From assembly GCA_965205615.1 (NCBI GenBank), contig CBDBHK010000010.1, positions 16,088-80,087 of the forward strand: 64,000 bases of DNA. The letters are read 5' to 3'. This stretch comes from Acidobacteriota bacterium. Lineage in GTDB: Bacteria; Acidobacteriota; UBA6911; RPQK01; CBDAPI01. Below the pieces are notes generated by a model. That model ran no database searches. It saw only the letters and a program-made list of their open reading frames with translations, and had not been told where the DNA came from. Within the stretch, counting starts at the first letter, position 1. Each line of letters begins with the position of its first letter. Position numbers and translations under genes: made by a program. Below are positions 1 through 8,329 of this stretch, one piece after another.

Positions 1-108
1 TCCCGCCAGGAGAATAACCAGAAAAGGCAGCATTATTGCGAATTCAACAAGCAGGCTGCCCCGAGTCGTCCCCTGGTGCTGAGCCTCTGGTTTGACTTTA
101 CGATACAT
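1..108 (-). CDS. TadE/TadG-like Flp pilus assembly protein, N-terminal part only (gene continues beyond window start)
   Basis: Reverse strand reads MYRKVKPEAQHQGTTRGSLLVEFAIMLPFLVILLAG with ATG at 108. This is the TadE-like N-terminal motif (charged stretch then hydrophobic helix), and it lies next to the flp pilin. Confidence 0.4.
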   Translation of the reverse strand, partial: MYRKVKPEAQHQGTTRGSLLVEFAIMLPFLVILLAG

Positions 109-349
109 GGAGATCAACCTTTCTGCCTTCCCGGGCCTCGAACGCCCCGGGCCCCGGTTCTCGAGCGACGCCGTCCGCCGGCGTTCGCCCTGACGGGCTG
201 GTAGCGAAAAAGCGCCCCCAATTCCAGGACGCCAAAGACAGAAAGCAAAAACAGGAAGAGAATAAGCGTTGTTTCCATTGCTTCAGGCTCATTTAATGCG
301 AAGCATGGCCCCCCTGGTGGGGGGAGCCATGCTTTGCATCTTTGGTTGA

Positions 350-541
350 TCAGGTGGCCTGAGCAAGCGCGCTGATCATCCGAGAGAACACGCTCATGAC
401 AGAACCTGAGAGCCCCAGACCAAACGCAGCCACTGCGATCGCGATCAAAACAAGCATGACCGCATATTCGACCGTGGTGACACCGCGTTCGTCATTTCGA
501 AGCTGAACCAACAGTTGACGTAAGGTTTCCATGATGTACAC
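350..541 (-). CDS. flp: Flp family type IVb pilin
   Basis: 63 aa: ...ERGVTTVEYAVMLVLIAIAVAAFGLG. Flp prepilin signature (G/TTAIEYGL plus hydrophobic helix). AAGGAGG RBS 5 nt upstream of a GTG start (alternative ATG 9 nt downstream). Confidence 0.7.
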   Translation of the reverse strand: MYIMETLRQLLVQLRNDERGVTTVEYAVMLVLIAIAVAAFGLGLSGSVMSVFSRMISALAQAT

Positions 542-810
542 AGTTTCCTCCTTGGTTAGATGTGTATCCCCGAAAACATTTGCAGGACCAAGACTAGCCC
601 AACGAACCCCGGGGAATTGTGATGCCGGGTACCAAGACGGCGCTTTCCCGGGAAAAATTCAGTGGGCTCCCGGGAGCCCGCCCGTTGTTCCCTGGGCCCT
701 TCAGGTCGGACCTCATTGTGCTCGTTCTTTTTTGCTGGTTTCCGTTGTGTTCTGCGACCGTCGCGAAAACCGGCAGGGTATGGTGAGAGTCGCGCACCGG
801 GGCGGAGCTG

Positions 811-1500
811 CTAGCGCACCAGCATCAGGTCGAGCAGCTCTTCGGGCTCGGCCACCACGAAGCGGCGGGCCCTGACCCGAACCAGACCGTCTGCCTGAAG
901 CTGGCTCAGGACTCGAGTGGCCGTTTCCCTGGAGATACCGATCAGGTCGGCGATCTGCTTGTGGGTGAGGCGCAGACTGATCATGGTCCCGTCAATCGTA
1001 CGGACTCCCTTGCTCTGGCAGAGGTGGTACAGCACCGCCCGAACGCGGGCACTGGCGTTGTGGAAACTGAGTACTTCCACCTGTGCCCAGGCTTCCCGAA
1101 GGCGGCCGCAGAGATTCCGTAACACCGTTTCCTTAATCTTGGGGTTCTGCATCAGTTGATGAAAGCGGCGACTATTGATGGCCAGGATGGTAGTGGGAAC
1201 CACAGCCGTCACTGTTGCCGGGGCGGTGCCGCCGTCGATCAAAGAGAGCTCGCCGAAATAGTCACCGGCATCGTGGAACGTGAGGATCATCTCTTTGCCG
1301 CTGGGAAGGACCCGCGATACCTTCACGCGCCCCGTCTTGACGACGTACATGTAGTTGCCGGTGTCCTCCTCGAAAAAGAGAATGGCGTTGCGCTTGTAGC
1401 GCTTCTCCTCAAAGAGAGTCTCAACGTGTTCCAACTCATCGGAAGACAGGTCTGCGAAGAGTGGGATTTCGCCCAGAAACTGAAGATCTGTACCCTTCAT
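811..1500 (-). CDS. Crp/Fnr family transcriptional regulator (cNMP-binding domain plus C-terminal HTH)
   Basis: 229 aa. cNMP-binding motif FGELSLIDGG..A. Then HTH: TRVLSQLQADGLV. Confidence 0.8.
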   Translation of the reverse strand: MKGTDLQFLGEIPLFADLSSDELEHVETLFEEKRYKRNAILFFEEDTGNYMYVVKTGRVKVSRVLPSGKEMILTFHDAGDYFGELSLIDGGTAPATVTAVVPTTILAINSRRFHQLMQNPKIKETVLRNLCGRLREAWAQVEVLSFHNASARVRAVLYHLCQSKGVRTIDGTMISLRLTHKQIADLIGISRETATRVLSQLQADGLVRVRARRFVVAEPEELLDLMLVR

Positions 1501-1808
1501 TCTGCCCCTTTAGTGCAACGCATCATAAATCTCAAGTCACGCTTCAAGAGCGGCTCGTCTTATTGCGCTTCGGTTACGACGCCGAATCACATGGCTCAGG
1601 ACTCATGACGCGCTGTACTAATTCAAGCTGACCAGCACCGGAACCTGACGGCCCCGACGTCGCCTCCAGCCTTGTCAATCAAATCCTTAAAGATAGGACC
1701 AGATCGAGGAGATATTTCGTATGCGTGAAATCACAATTCCGCCTGGAAGCGGATGTTAGTGCGCTTTTCGACGCAGAATCGGGAGGATGGACGGTCGAGG
1801 GTCCCGTG

Positions 1809-2267
1809 TCAGACTCGCCGTTGCTGAAAGAAGTCCTTGAGCAGTGACTGGCTCTTGTCTTCCAGGATTCCTCCGGTCCATGGAACCGCATGATTGAAAC
1901 GCCCTTTCTCGAGAAGGGCTGCTTTCGAGGTCACGGCCCCGGCTTTGCGATCCCAGGCTGCAAAGAGCAGGCCGGCGATACGAGCCCAGATCATGGCCCC
2001 GGCGCACATGCAGCATGGCTCCAGCGTTACGTAGAGAGTCAATCCTTCCAACCGGTAGTTACCCAGCAGATGAGCGGCTCGGCGCAGCACCAGGATCTCA
2101 GCGTGAGCGGTGGGATCGCCCAGCTCCAGACTTCGGTTGTGATCGGCGCTGACGACCCGGTTCTCGAAGACAGCAACAGCGCCCACCGGTACTTCTTCCG
2201 AGGACGCCGCCTTGGAGGCCTCCTCCAGGGCCATTTCCATCCATGATTCATGCGTCGGATTCGCCAT
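1809..2267 (-). CDS. tadA: tRNA-specific adenosine deaminase TadA
   Basis: HAEILVLRRAA ... TLEPCCMCAGAM zinc-binding deaminase motifs. True start taken at internal MANPTHESWMEMAL (ATG ~2267). The ORF-track extension to 2357 overlaps the divergent neighbour. Confidence 0.8.
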   Translation of the reverse strand: MANPTHESWMEMALEEASKAASSEEVPVGAVAVFENRVVSADHNRSLELGDPTAHAEILVLRRAAHLLGNYRLEGLTLYVTLEPCCMCAGAMIWARIAGLLFAAWDRKAGAVTSKAALLEKGRFNHAVPWTGGILEDKSQSLLKDFFQQRRV

Positions 2268-2426
2268 GAGAGGTTCCTTCGCAACAGCCTTGCAAACTAC
2301 AATAGCCGAATGCAAGAAGAGCCGGAAGCGGTCCCACGGCCGGGGGACGCGGATCACCCGGTGCTCCTTGGTAGTCCGTGGTGGAACTCGCGCGCGGTCG
2401 CACGCAATTTGTCACGCCGAAGTTTC

Positions 2427-3314
2427 ATGAAGCTCACCGGTTTGACGACCGTTGCAGCAAGCTGCGGTGGGCCGGTCGAACGAGTGCTGGTATTCCATGC
2501 CGGCAGCCTGGGGCGTCTGCTCACCGAGATCTCCAGGCGCTTCGAACAGGGTCATCCCACCATCCGGATTGACCTTGAGTCGTCGGGAAGCCTGGACGCC
2601 ATTCGAAAGGTGACCGACCTGGGGAGGAATTGCGACATCCTCGTGACCGCAGACCATCGGCTCCTGCATCGGCACATCGTGCCGGAGCGCGCTCGAGGTT
2701 ACTATCAGTTGCTGGGGAACGAAATGGTTCTCGCCGGCAGCGCCAGTCACCGCGAGCTGGACCGACAGCCGGACGAATGGCACTCGCTCCTGCTTGATCG
2801 TCCCTTTGGAATCTCGGACCCGGCACGTGATCCGGCCGGCTATTTCGCGCACCTCGTGTGGAAACTCACCGAAATCCACTACAATCGTCCGGGCCTCTAT
2901 AGAGCTTTGTCGAACCGGCTCGATCCTCGCTGGATGCGTCCCAAATCTTCGGAACTGGTCGCCTTGCTGCAGGCAGGAGTCCTGGACTTCGCCTTTCTTT
3001 ACCGCTCCACCGCTCTGCAGAACAACCTTCTCCATCTCAGGCTCCCACCTCAAATCTCACTTGGTGATCCCGCGTATGCATCGGCCTATTCCCGGGTTTT
3101 CATTGAAATCCCTTCCCCCGATCCGGAGCGGCGCACCGAAGTCCAGGGTGCACCGATCAGAGCAGGGGTGGCTGTGTTGGCTCCCGGCAGGAACGCGGCT
3201 TTCAGTTTTCTGAACTCCCTGATCAGCACCGAAATGCAGGAACTGTTCCCCAAACTCGGCTATATCCGGATCCCGGTGCGGGAGATCAGCCCTGGTGGCA
3301 ATCCCAGGAGGTAG
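2427..3314 (+). CDS. tungstate/molybdate ABC transporter substrate-binding protein (WtpA/ModA family)
   Basis: Start at MKLTGLTTVAASCGG (signal/lipobox-like) inside the longer ORF 2250..3314. Motifs FHAGSL, ESSGS, RKVTDLGRNCDILVTADH match WtpA/ModA type II SBPs. Confidence 0.7.
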   Translation: MKLTGLTTVAASCGGPVERVLVFHAGSLGRLLTEISRRFEQGHPTIRIDLESSGSLDAIRKVTDLGRNCDILVTADHRLLHRHIVPERARGYYQLLGNEMVLAGSASHRELDRQPDEWHSLLLDRPFGISDPARDPAGYFAHLVWKLTEIHYNRPGLYRALSNRLDPRWMRPKSSELVALLQAGVLDFAFLYRSTALQNNLLHLRLPPQISLGDPAYASAYSRVFIEIPSPDPERRTEVQGAPIRAGVAVLAPGRNAAFSFLNSLISTEMQELFPKLGYIRIPVREISPGGNPRR

Positions 3315-3321
3315 TCTTTCC

Positions 3322-4092
3322 ATGAAGTCATTTTCAGGGACGATGCTGATCGTCCTCAGCTCGGCCTGTCTGCTGGTCGTCGTCGTACCTCTATTGAGCC
3401 TGCTCTTCAGTACTTCTCCGGAGAGCGTTTGGAGCACCCTTCTGGACACCGAGGTGGCCAGTTCAATCGCTCTGACCTTCTTCTGTGCCCTGGTCGCGAC
3501 CGGGTTCGGAATAGTGGCGGGGACTCCGCTTGCCTACCTGTTGAGCCGCCATGACTTTCCCGCCAGACGCCTGGTCCAGGGCCTGGTCGACCTCCCCCTG
3601 GTGATTCCACATCCCGTGGCAGGAATCGCCCTGCTTTTGACCTTCTCCGCCTTTGGCCCCCAGAACACACCCGTGGGTCACTGGACCGGAATTGTGATCG
3701 CCATGTTCTTCGTATCAAGTCCCCTCTTGATCAATTCGCTTCAGGAGGGCTTCAGCAGTATTCCTGTGGAGATGGAGTGGACCGCCAGGACACTGGGCGT
3801 GAATCCGACCCGCACCTTCTTCCGAATCAGCCTTCCACTGGTTCGAAACAACCTGCTGGCCGGTGCCCTCATGATGTGGGCCAGGAGTATCTCTGAATTT
3901 GGAGCGATCGTTATCCTCGTGTATCACCCCAGGGTGGTCTCCGTTCTGATTTACGATCGTTTCACGTCCTACGGGCTGGTCGCTGCGCTTCCGGTGGCCG
4001 TCATCCTGGTGGGGGCGAGCATTGTCGTTTTCGTCTGCTTGAGGGCAGTTCAACGTCGGAGCCGGTGGGTTGCTGGAAGTTCTTGGCTTTAG
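3322..4092 (+). CDS. tungstate/molybdate ABC transporter permease (ModB/WtpB-like)
   Basis: Multi-TM protein with ABC permease EAA-like loop (RTLGVNPTRTFFRISLPLVRNNLLAGALMMWARS). AGGAGG RBS ~10 nt before ATG 3322. Directly follows the SBP. Confidence 0.75.
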   Translation: MKSFSGTMLIVLSSACLLVVVVPLLSLLFSTSPESVWSTLLDTEVASSIALTFFCALVATGFGIVAGTPLAYLLSRHDFPARRLVQGLVDLPLVIPHPVAGIALLLTFSAFGPQNTPVGHWTGIVIAMFFVSSPLLINSLQEGFSSIPVEMEWTARTLGVNPTRTFFRISLPLVRNNLLAGALMMWARSISEFGAIVILVYHPRVVSVLIYDRFTSYGLVAALPVAVILVGASIVVFVCLRAVQRRSRWVAGSSWL

Positions 4093-5122
4093 ACGACCAC
4101 TGAAACACTTTTGCCTGAGCGTGCCCCGGCTTAGCGTGAGTCAGGGACAAGTCTTTGTACTGCTGGGCCCGACCGGGGCGGGAAAAAGCCAATTCTTCCA
4201 GACTCTGGCCGGCTTTTCTCCACTCCTGGAAGGGGAAGTTCGGGTGAATGGAGCAGAGGTCTCGCGAAAGCCTCCCGAGCAGCGCGGAATCTCGATTCTT
4301 TTCCAGTCCCCCCACCTTTTTCCGCACCTCAGCGTGAAAGCGAATATTGGCTTCGGCCGGAAGGATGCCGCTTTCCAGCAGAAGCTGATTGGACTCCTCG
4401 GGCTGGGCCGGGTCCTGGACTCCGGGGTCGAGGAATTGAGCGGTGGTCAACGCCAGCTGGTCGCCCTGGCTCGGGCTCTGATGGTTCAACCCGATGTCTT
4501 GCTGCTTGATGAACCCTTTAGCGCCCTCGATCCGAACAGTCGGAGGGAAGTGATTGCCGCTTTCAAACGCGTTCAGACCGCCCTCGGGACCACCTGTCTG
4601 ATCGTGACCCACAACTTTGAGGATTGCCTGCGGGTAGGGGATCAGGTGGGCGTCCTTTTTCAGGGAGAACTCGTGCAGAGTGGTGATCCCGAGCTGGTTT
4701 TCAAGTCACCCGCCAGCCCCGAAATTGCCCGCTTCCTGGGCCATGACAACATTTTCGCCGGAAGTCTGAGGCCAGGCGAGGCACAGGTGCAGGCAGGCCT
4801 ACGGCCCTTCCCGGCAGTGTTCAGGACCGGAGACATTGACATCCATGTTCTGGCCCGGGCCGAGGGAAAGGCCTACGCCCTGATTCAGCCCCAGGAGATC
4901 ACCCTCTCAACGGTTGCTCCGGCTTCCACTTCGGCGTTGAACGTGTTTCAGGGCCAGATCCGCGAGATCCGCCGAAACGGGCCGTTTTGCGAGCTCACGG
5001 TTGCAGCCGGGGCCGTGTTCAGAGTGGTGATTACTCCTCACAGTCTGGCGGACCTGGGCTTGAGAGAGGAAGGGACCGTTTTCCTTTCCTTCAAGGCCTC
5101 AGCCGTGCAGATTCTGCAATGA
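4070..5122 (+). CDS. ABC transporter ATP-binding protein with C-terminal TOBE domain (ModC/WtpC-like)
   Basis: Walker A GPTGAGKS, signature LSGGQRQLVALARAL, Walker B LLLDEP. Extended C-terminal domain typical of molybdate/tungstate importer ATPases. Confidence 0.8.
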   Translation: MLEVLGFRRPLKHFCLSVPRLSVSQGQVFVLLGPTGAGKSQFFQTLAGFSPLLEGEVRVNGAEVSRKPPEQRGISILFQSPHLFPHLSVKANIGFGRKDAAFQQKLIGLLGLGRVLDSGVEELSGGQRQLVALARALMVQPDVLLLDEPFSALDPNSRREVIAAFKRVQTALGTTCLIVTHNFEDCLRVGDQVGVLFQGELVQSGDPELVFKSPASPEIARFLGHDNIFAGSLRPGEAQVQAGLRPFPAVFRTGDIDIHVLARAEGKAYALIQPQEITLSTVAPASTSALNVFQGQIREIRRNGPFCELTVAAGAVFRVVITPHSLADLGLREEGTVFLSFKASAVQILQ

Positions 5123-5402
5123 AAACGACACGTGGCGGGTCGATTTGAGCTCAAACCACCCGCAGGACTTTCACCACAGGCTGCTAGTGTAGGATGCCTG
5201 CGGCCAGCCTGATACCGTCCATCAGTTTGACAGGCTCACGGTCCGTGGTGAAAGTCACGCGAGGTCGCGGGCCGGGGGACTGCGTTCCCTGGCAAGGCAC
5301 GAGGAAGTCAATGCTGGGTCATTTACGACCACGGGAAACGCAGCCGGCGAGCACAAACCCCTGGCACTTGTCGGGTTCTGAGACTCTCAGCACGGGCTGC
5401 GA

Positions 5403-6872
5403 ATGAGTTCTCCCAACCGCCAAGCCCGCAAAAGCGTGCGGCTGGTGAGCGTGGAACTGGGTTTCACACTCGTCATTCAGTTCATTTCCGGAATTGCCCT
5501 GGCCAGGATTCTGGATCCCACTGATTTTGGTCTCTACGGGATTACCCTTTCCGTGTTCAGCCTGGCCGCTCTGTTCAGTGACTTGGGTACCAGGGAGAGA
5601 TTGATTCAGACGCAGGACGAGCCAGACGTCCGGATGCTCAAGATTGCGTTAACGTCCCGCCTCCTGCTGTGCGGTGTGGTGGTGCCTCTGGTCTGGATCT
5701 TCTCTACCAGCATCGCGCGGGTCTATACCGAGGAACCGTCCCAACTCTCCTGGATGATCCGAGTGTATTCTGTGGCCCTGCTGGTGGGAGCTGTGCGCCT
5801 CAATTGTGAGATCAGCCTGGAACGAAAGCTGGTCTATCAGCCTCTTGCTATCGTAGGGATGCTGGAGGTTTTCGCCCGCAGGGCCCTGATCCTGGTCCTC
5901 GCTCTCAGCGGAGCCGGCGCCTGGAGCTTTATCTGGGGGCACACTCTGGGGGGTCTAGCGGCCACGGTGGCGCTCTGGCGACTCACCAGAGCGCCCCTGG
6001 GGTTCGCTTTCGACCGGCACCTGACCGTCGATCTCATGCGTCAGGGACTTAACTTCCGGCTCCATTCAGTCGGAGGCCGCCTGCGGAGACTGATAATGGT
6101 TACGCTGGTGACACGAACCCTGGGACTCGAGGCCACGGGCTATCTGAAGTGGGCACAGGATACCGGCGCACGATCACTTCTCCTGGTCGCGGGTGCGACC
6201 CGCGTGGCTTTGAGCCACTTCTCCCGCCTGCGCGAGAGTCCGTCCGTCGTTCAGAGTGTTCTGCAGCGATACATCTATGTTTCAGTGCTCTTGTTGGGTC
6301 TCTGGTTCTGTGTATTGAGCACTGCCGGTAAAGATCTGATTCTGTGGATCTACACAGAAAAATGGCTCCCCGCCTGGGAAGCCACCTGCGTCTTTGCGCT
6401 GGGGGTTCTGCTGTTGGCCGTTGTCCGCTTCGCCGTTGCCGCACTTCAGGGCGGCGGGCGGCCTCGATATGCCATGCTTCTGACCTTTGCCCAAGCGGCG
6501 CTGACGCTGGCGTTTGTTGTTTTTCTGGTTCCGGCTCTTGGCATTCCGGGAGCAGCTCTGGGTGAACTCCTGACCTTTGCCCTGACGATTCCGTTCCTGG
6601 TCTGGGCGATTCCCGGGATCGAGCCGGGACGGATTCTGCGGCCTCTTGCCCGCCTTTTGGTTCCCCTGGGACTAGCTCTGGCGTCCGGCTATCTGGTTGC
6701 CGGAACCGTGACCCTGCTCGTTCCGAGAGCTCTGCTCGCCACCGCGACAACGACGGCCATCTACCTGCTGGCGGGCTGGGTTACAGGACCGGCCTGGTTA
6801 CGCCTTTTTGTGCGCCAGGAGATTTCGCTCGTTAAGGAAACTCTTACCCGGTTTGCGAGCCAAAGGAGGTAG
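5403..6872 (+). CDS. polysaccharide/oligosaccharide flippase (Wzx-like MOP superfamily)
   Basis: 489 aa, ~12-14 predicted TM helices. N-terminal pattern typical of Wzx/PST family flippases. Confidence 0.6.
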   Translation: MSSPNRQARKSVRLVSVELGFTLVIQFISGIALARILDPTDFGLYGITLSVFSLAALFSDLGTRERLIQTQDEPDVRMLKIALTSRLLLCGVVVPLVWIFSTSIARVYTEEPSQLSWMIRVYSVALLVGAVRLNCEISLERKLVYQPLAIVGMLEVFARRALILVLALSGAGAWSFIWGHTLGGLAATVALWRLTRAPLGFAFDRHLTVDLMRQGLNFRLHSVGGRLRRLIMVTLVTRTLGLEATGYLKWAQDTGARSLLLVAGATRVALSHFSRLRESPSVVQSVLQRYIYVSVLLLGLWFCVLSTAGKDLILWIYTEKWLPAWEATCVFALGVLLLAVVRFAVAALQGGGRPRYAMLLTFAQAALTLAFVVFLVPALGIPGAALGELLTFALTIPFLVWAIPGIEPGRILRPLARLLVPLGLALASGYLVAGTVTLLVPRALLATATTTAIYLLAGWVTGPAWLRLFVRQEISLVKETLTRFASQRR

Positions 6873-6897
6873 GCTGATGGTTGCTTCAGACCACAAA

Positions 6898-6981
6898 CCA
6901 GAGCCCCCGGCGGCAGCAGGGGGATGGGGCAGAACCAGGCTGCGACCGTTCCTCCCGGCTGCTCCCGCAGCCGGCTCTGAT
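6898..6981. repeat. GC-rich palindromic dispersed repeat, family 1 (atcagagcc ... ggctctgat ends)
   Basis: cagagcccccggcggcagcaggggg ... cccggctgctcccgcagccggctctgat. Near-identical modules recur at 19051-19221 and 20927-21003. Confidence 0.6.
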
Positions 6982-7060
6982 TGTCTCGCCAGCTGCGTCA
7001 TTGGTGAAAAAACCTGGAACCCACATTGAAACCACAATAGAATAGAGGAGTCTTTCTAAT

Positions 7061-7399
7061 ATGAGGTCAAGACCATTGATCAGCTTAACCGACGCGGCAG
7101 AGGGTAAAGTCAGAGAGTTCGTCCAGGGCCAGCAGGACTCCTATGCGGGAATCCGCGTGGCTGTGGTAGCAGGAGGCTGCTCTGGATTCGAATACCGGAT
7201 GGTCCTCGAATCGGAAGCCAAAGACGGGGATCAGGTGATCGAGCATGAGGGCTTTCGAGTGTTCGTTGACGAGCAGAGTATGCTCTATCTGAACGGGACT
7301 CAGATCGACTTCGTGGAATCATCCACTGAATCCGGCTTTTCCTTCAAGAATCCGAACTCTACGGGTTCCTGTGGCTGCGGAGAGTCCTTTCACGTATGA
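7061..7399 (+). CDS. erpA: iron-sulfur cluster insertion protein ErpA/IscA (HesB family)
   Basis: 112 aa, with VAGGCSGFEY and C-terminal GSCGCGESF signature cysteines. Confidence 0.85.
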   Translation: MRSRPLISLTDAAEGKVREFVQGQQDSYAGIRVAVVAGGCSGFEYRMVLESEAKDGDQVIEHEGFRVFVDEQSMLYLNGTQIDFVESSTESGFSFKNPNSTGSCGCGESFHV

Positions 7400-7511
7400 C
7401 GTTGCCCTGACGGGCAGCTCGCGACGGGGACCCTGAATCCCAGGGGACGATTCGTGGCGCGCCGAACCTGAACTCTTCTTCTCGAACCCATCAAACGACC
7501 TGGAGGAACGC

Positions 7512-8039
7512 ATGGCTGCCACACAGGGTGCCGGGTTTTCATGGCTGTTTTTCGCACTGACCACCGTACTGTGCTGGGGAGTCTACGGCGTACTGCTCCA
7601 CACGGGGCAGGTCTCGATGGGCGATCCTGCCCAGGGCCGCTACAAGGCCTTTCTGGTGGTGGGAATCGCCTATTTTGTGACTGCCGTTCTGGCCCCCCTC
7701 TTCTTCCTGGTCAGAAACGGATCCAACTGGAGCTTCCCGGCTCAGGGAATCCTCTGGTCCTTTCTGGCAGGCATCGTCGGGGCTGCCGGCGCATTCTTTG
7801 TGCTCCTGGCCTTTGGGGCCGGTGGAATCCCCAGCGCTGTCATGTCTATCGTCTTTGCCGGGGCGCCGGGCGTCAATGCAGTCGTTGCCTTGAGCCTCCA
7901 TCCGTCGGCAGGCGGCTGGACCAGTCTTCGCTGGCAGTTCGTCGCCGGCATCCTTCTAGCTGCCCTGGGGGGCTTCCTGGTGACGAGCTACAAGCCCAAC
8001 CCGGCGCCTCCCCCCTTGTTAGAGAGTCCAGACGCCTGA
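7512..8039 (+). CDS. hypothetical integral membrane protein (4-5 TM)
   Basis: Highly hydrophobic 175 aa ORF with good coding periodicity. No family recognised. Confidence 0.4.
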   Translation: MAATQGAGFSWLFFALTTVLCWGVYGVLLHTGQVSMGDPAQGRYKAFLVVGIAYFVTAVLAPLFFLVRNGSNWSFPAQGILWSFLAGIVGAAGAFFVLLAFGAGGIPSAVMSIVFAGAPGVNAVVALSLHPSAGGWTSLRWQFVAGILLAALGGFLVTSYKPNPAPPPLLESPDA

Positions 8040-8217
8040 TCATGAGTTGATCCCGACACGCTTGTTGCACGCGCGCTACTGTCGTGCAGCAGTACAGAGG
8101 CATCCCCGTCGGGCCGGCTGCAATAGCCCCCACCCCCCAGTAGCGCGCACGTCACGGTAGCGCGCACGCAGTAAGCGCGTGGTCCCCGGGTTGCGCGTGG
8201 ACCCGCGTTGCACGTAA

Positions 8218-8256
8218 AAAAAAGGGGACAGAGTAGACTGTCCCTTTTTTTACTCC
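8218..8256. terminator. bidirectional rho-independent terminator between convergent genes
   Basis: aaaaaaaa-ggggacag-agtagac-ctgtcccc-ttttttt: GC stem flanked by an A-run and a T-run. Confidence 0.7.
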
Positions 8257-8262
8257 TTTGTA

Positions 8263-8329
8263 ACAGAACGGCAAGGCGTGAGCCTGCCGTTGAGCCGGGC
8301 AACGGTGAGCTTACGCTCTACCGTTCTGT
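8263..8329. repeat. MITE-like dispersed repeat, family 2 (acagaacgg ... ccgttctgt termini)
   Basis: acagaacggcaaggcgtgagcctgccg...cggtgagcttacgctctaccgttctgt. Same termini and core recur at 43185-43376. Upstream tagcgcgcac/cgcgcttgtt modules (8060-8183) recur at 29543-29569 and 43239-43320. Confidence 0.55.

Noticed and set aside
98-292. 64-aa ORF between TadE fragment and flp
   Set aside because: Different frame from the TadE-like N-terminus. Composition looks non-coding.
1500-1808. Possible tRNA or small RNA in the crp-tadA intergenic region
   Set aside because: No cloverleaf-compatible sequence or conserved tRNA boxes found by eye. Cannot be confirmed without a tool.
6100-6750. 216-aa reverse-strand ORF inside the flippase gene, and similar long antisense ORFs (2412-3053, 12898-13428, 15065-16003, 24657-25670, 25723-26763, 37246-37848)
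   Set aside because: Typical shadow ORFs of high-GC coding DNA. Arg/Pro/Gly-rich low-complexity translations, fully overlapped by well-supported genes on the other strand.
8041-8200. Reading the tagcgcgcac-rich tract as a CRISPR-like or tRNA feature
   Set aside because: Only 2-3 irregular short direct repeats with palindromic character. Better explained as a dispersed REP/MITE-like repeat; copies occur at 29.5 kb and 43.2 kb.
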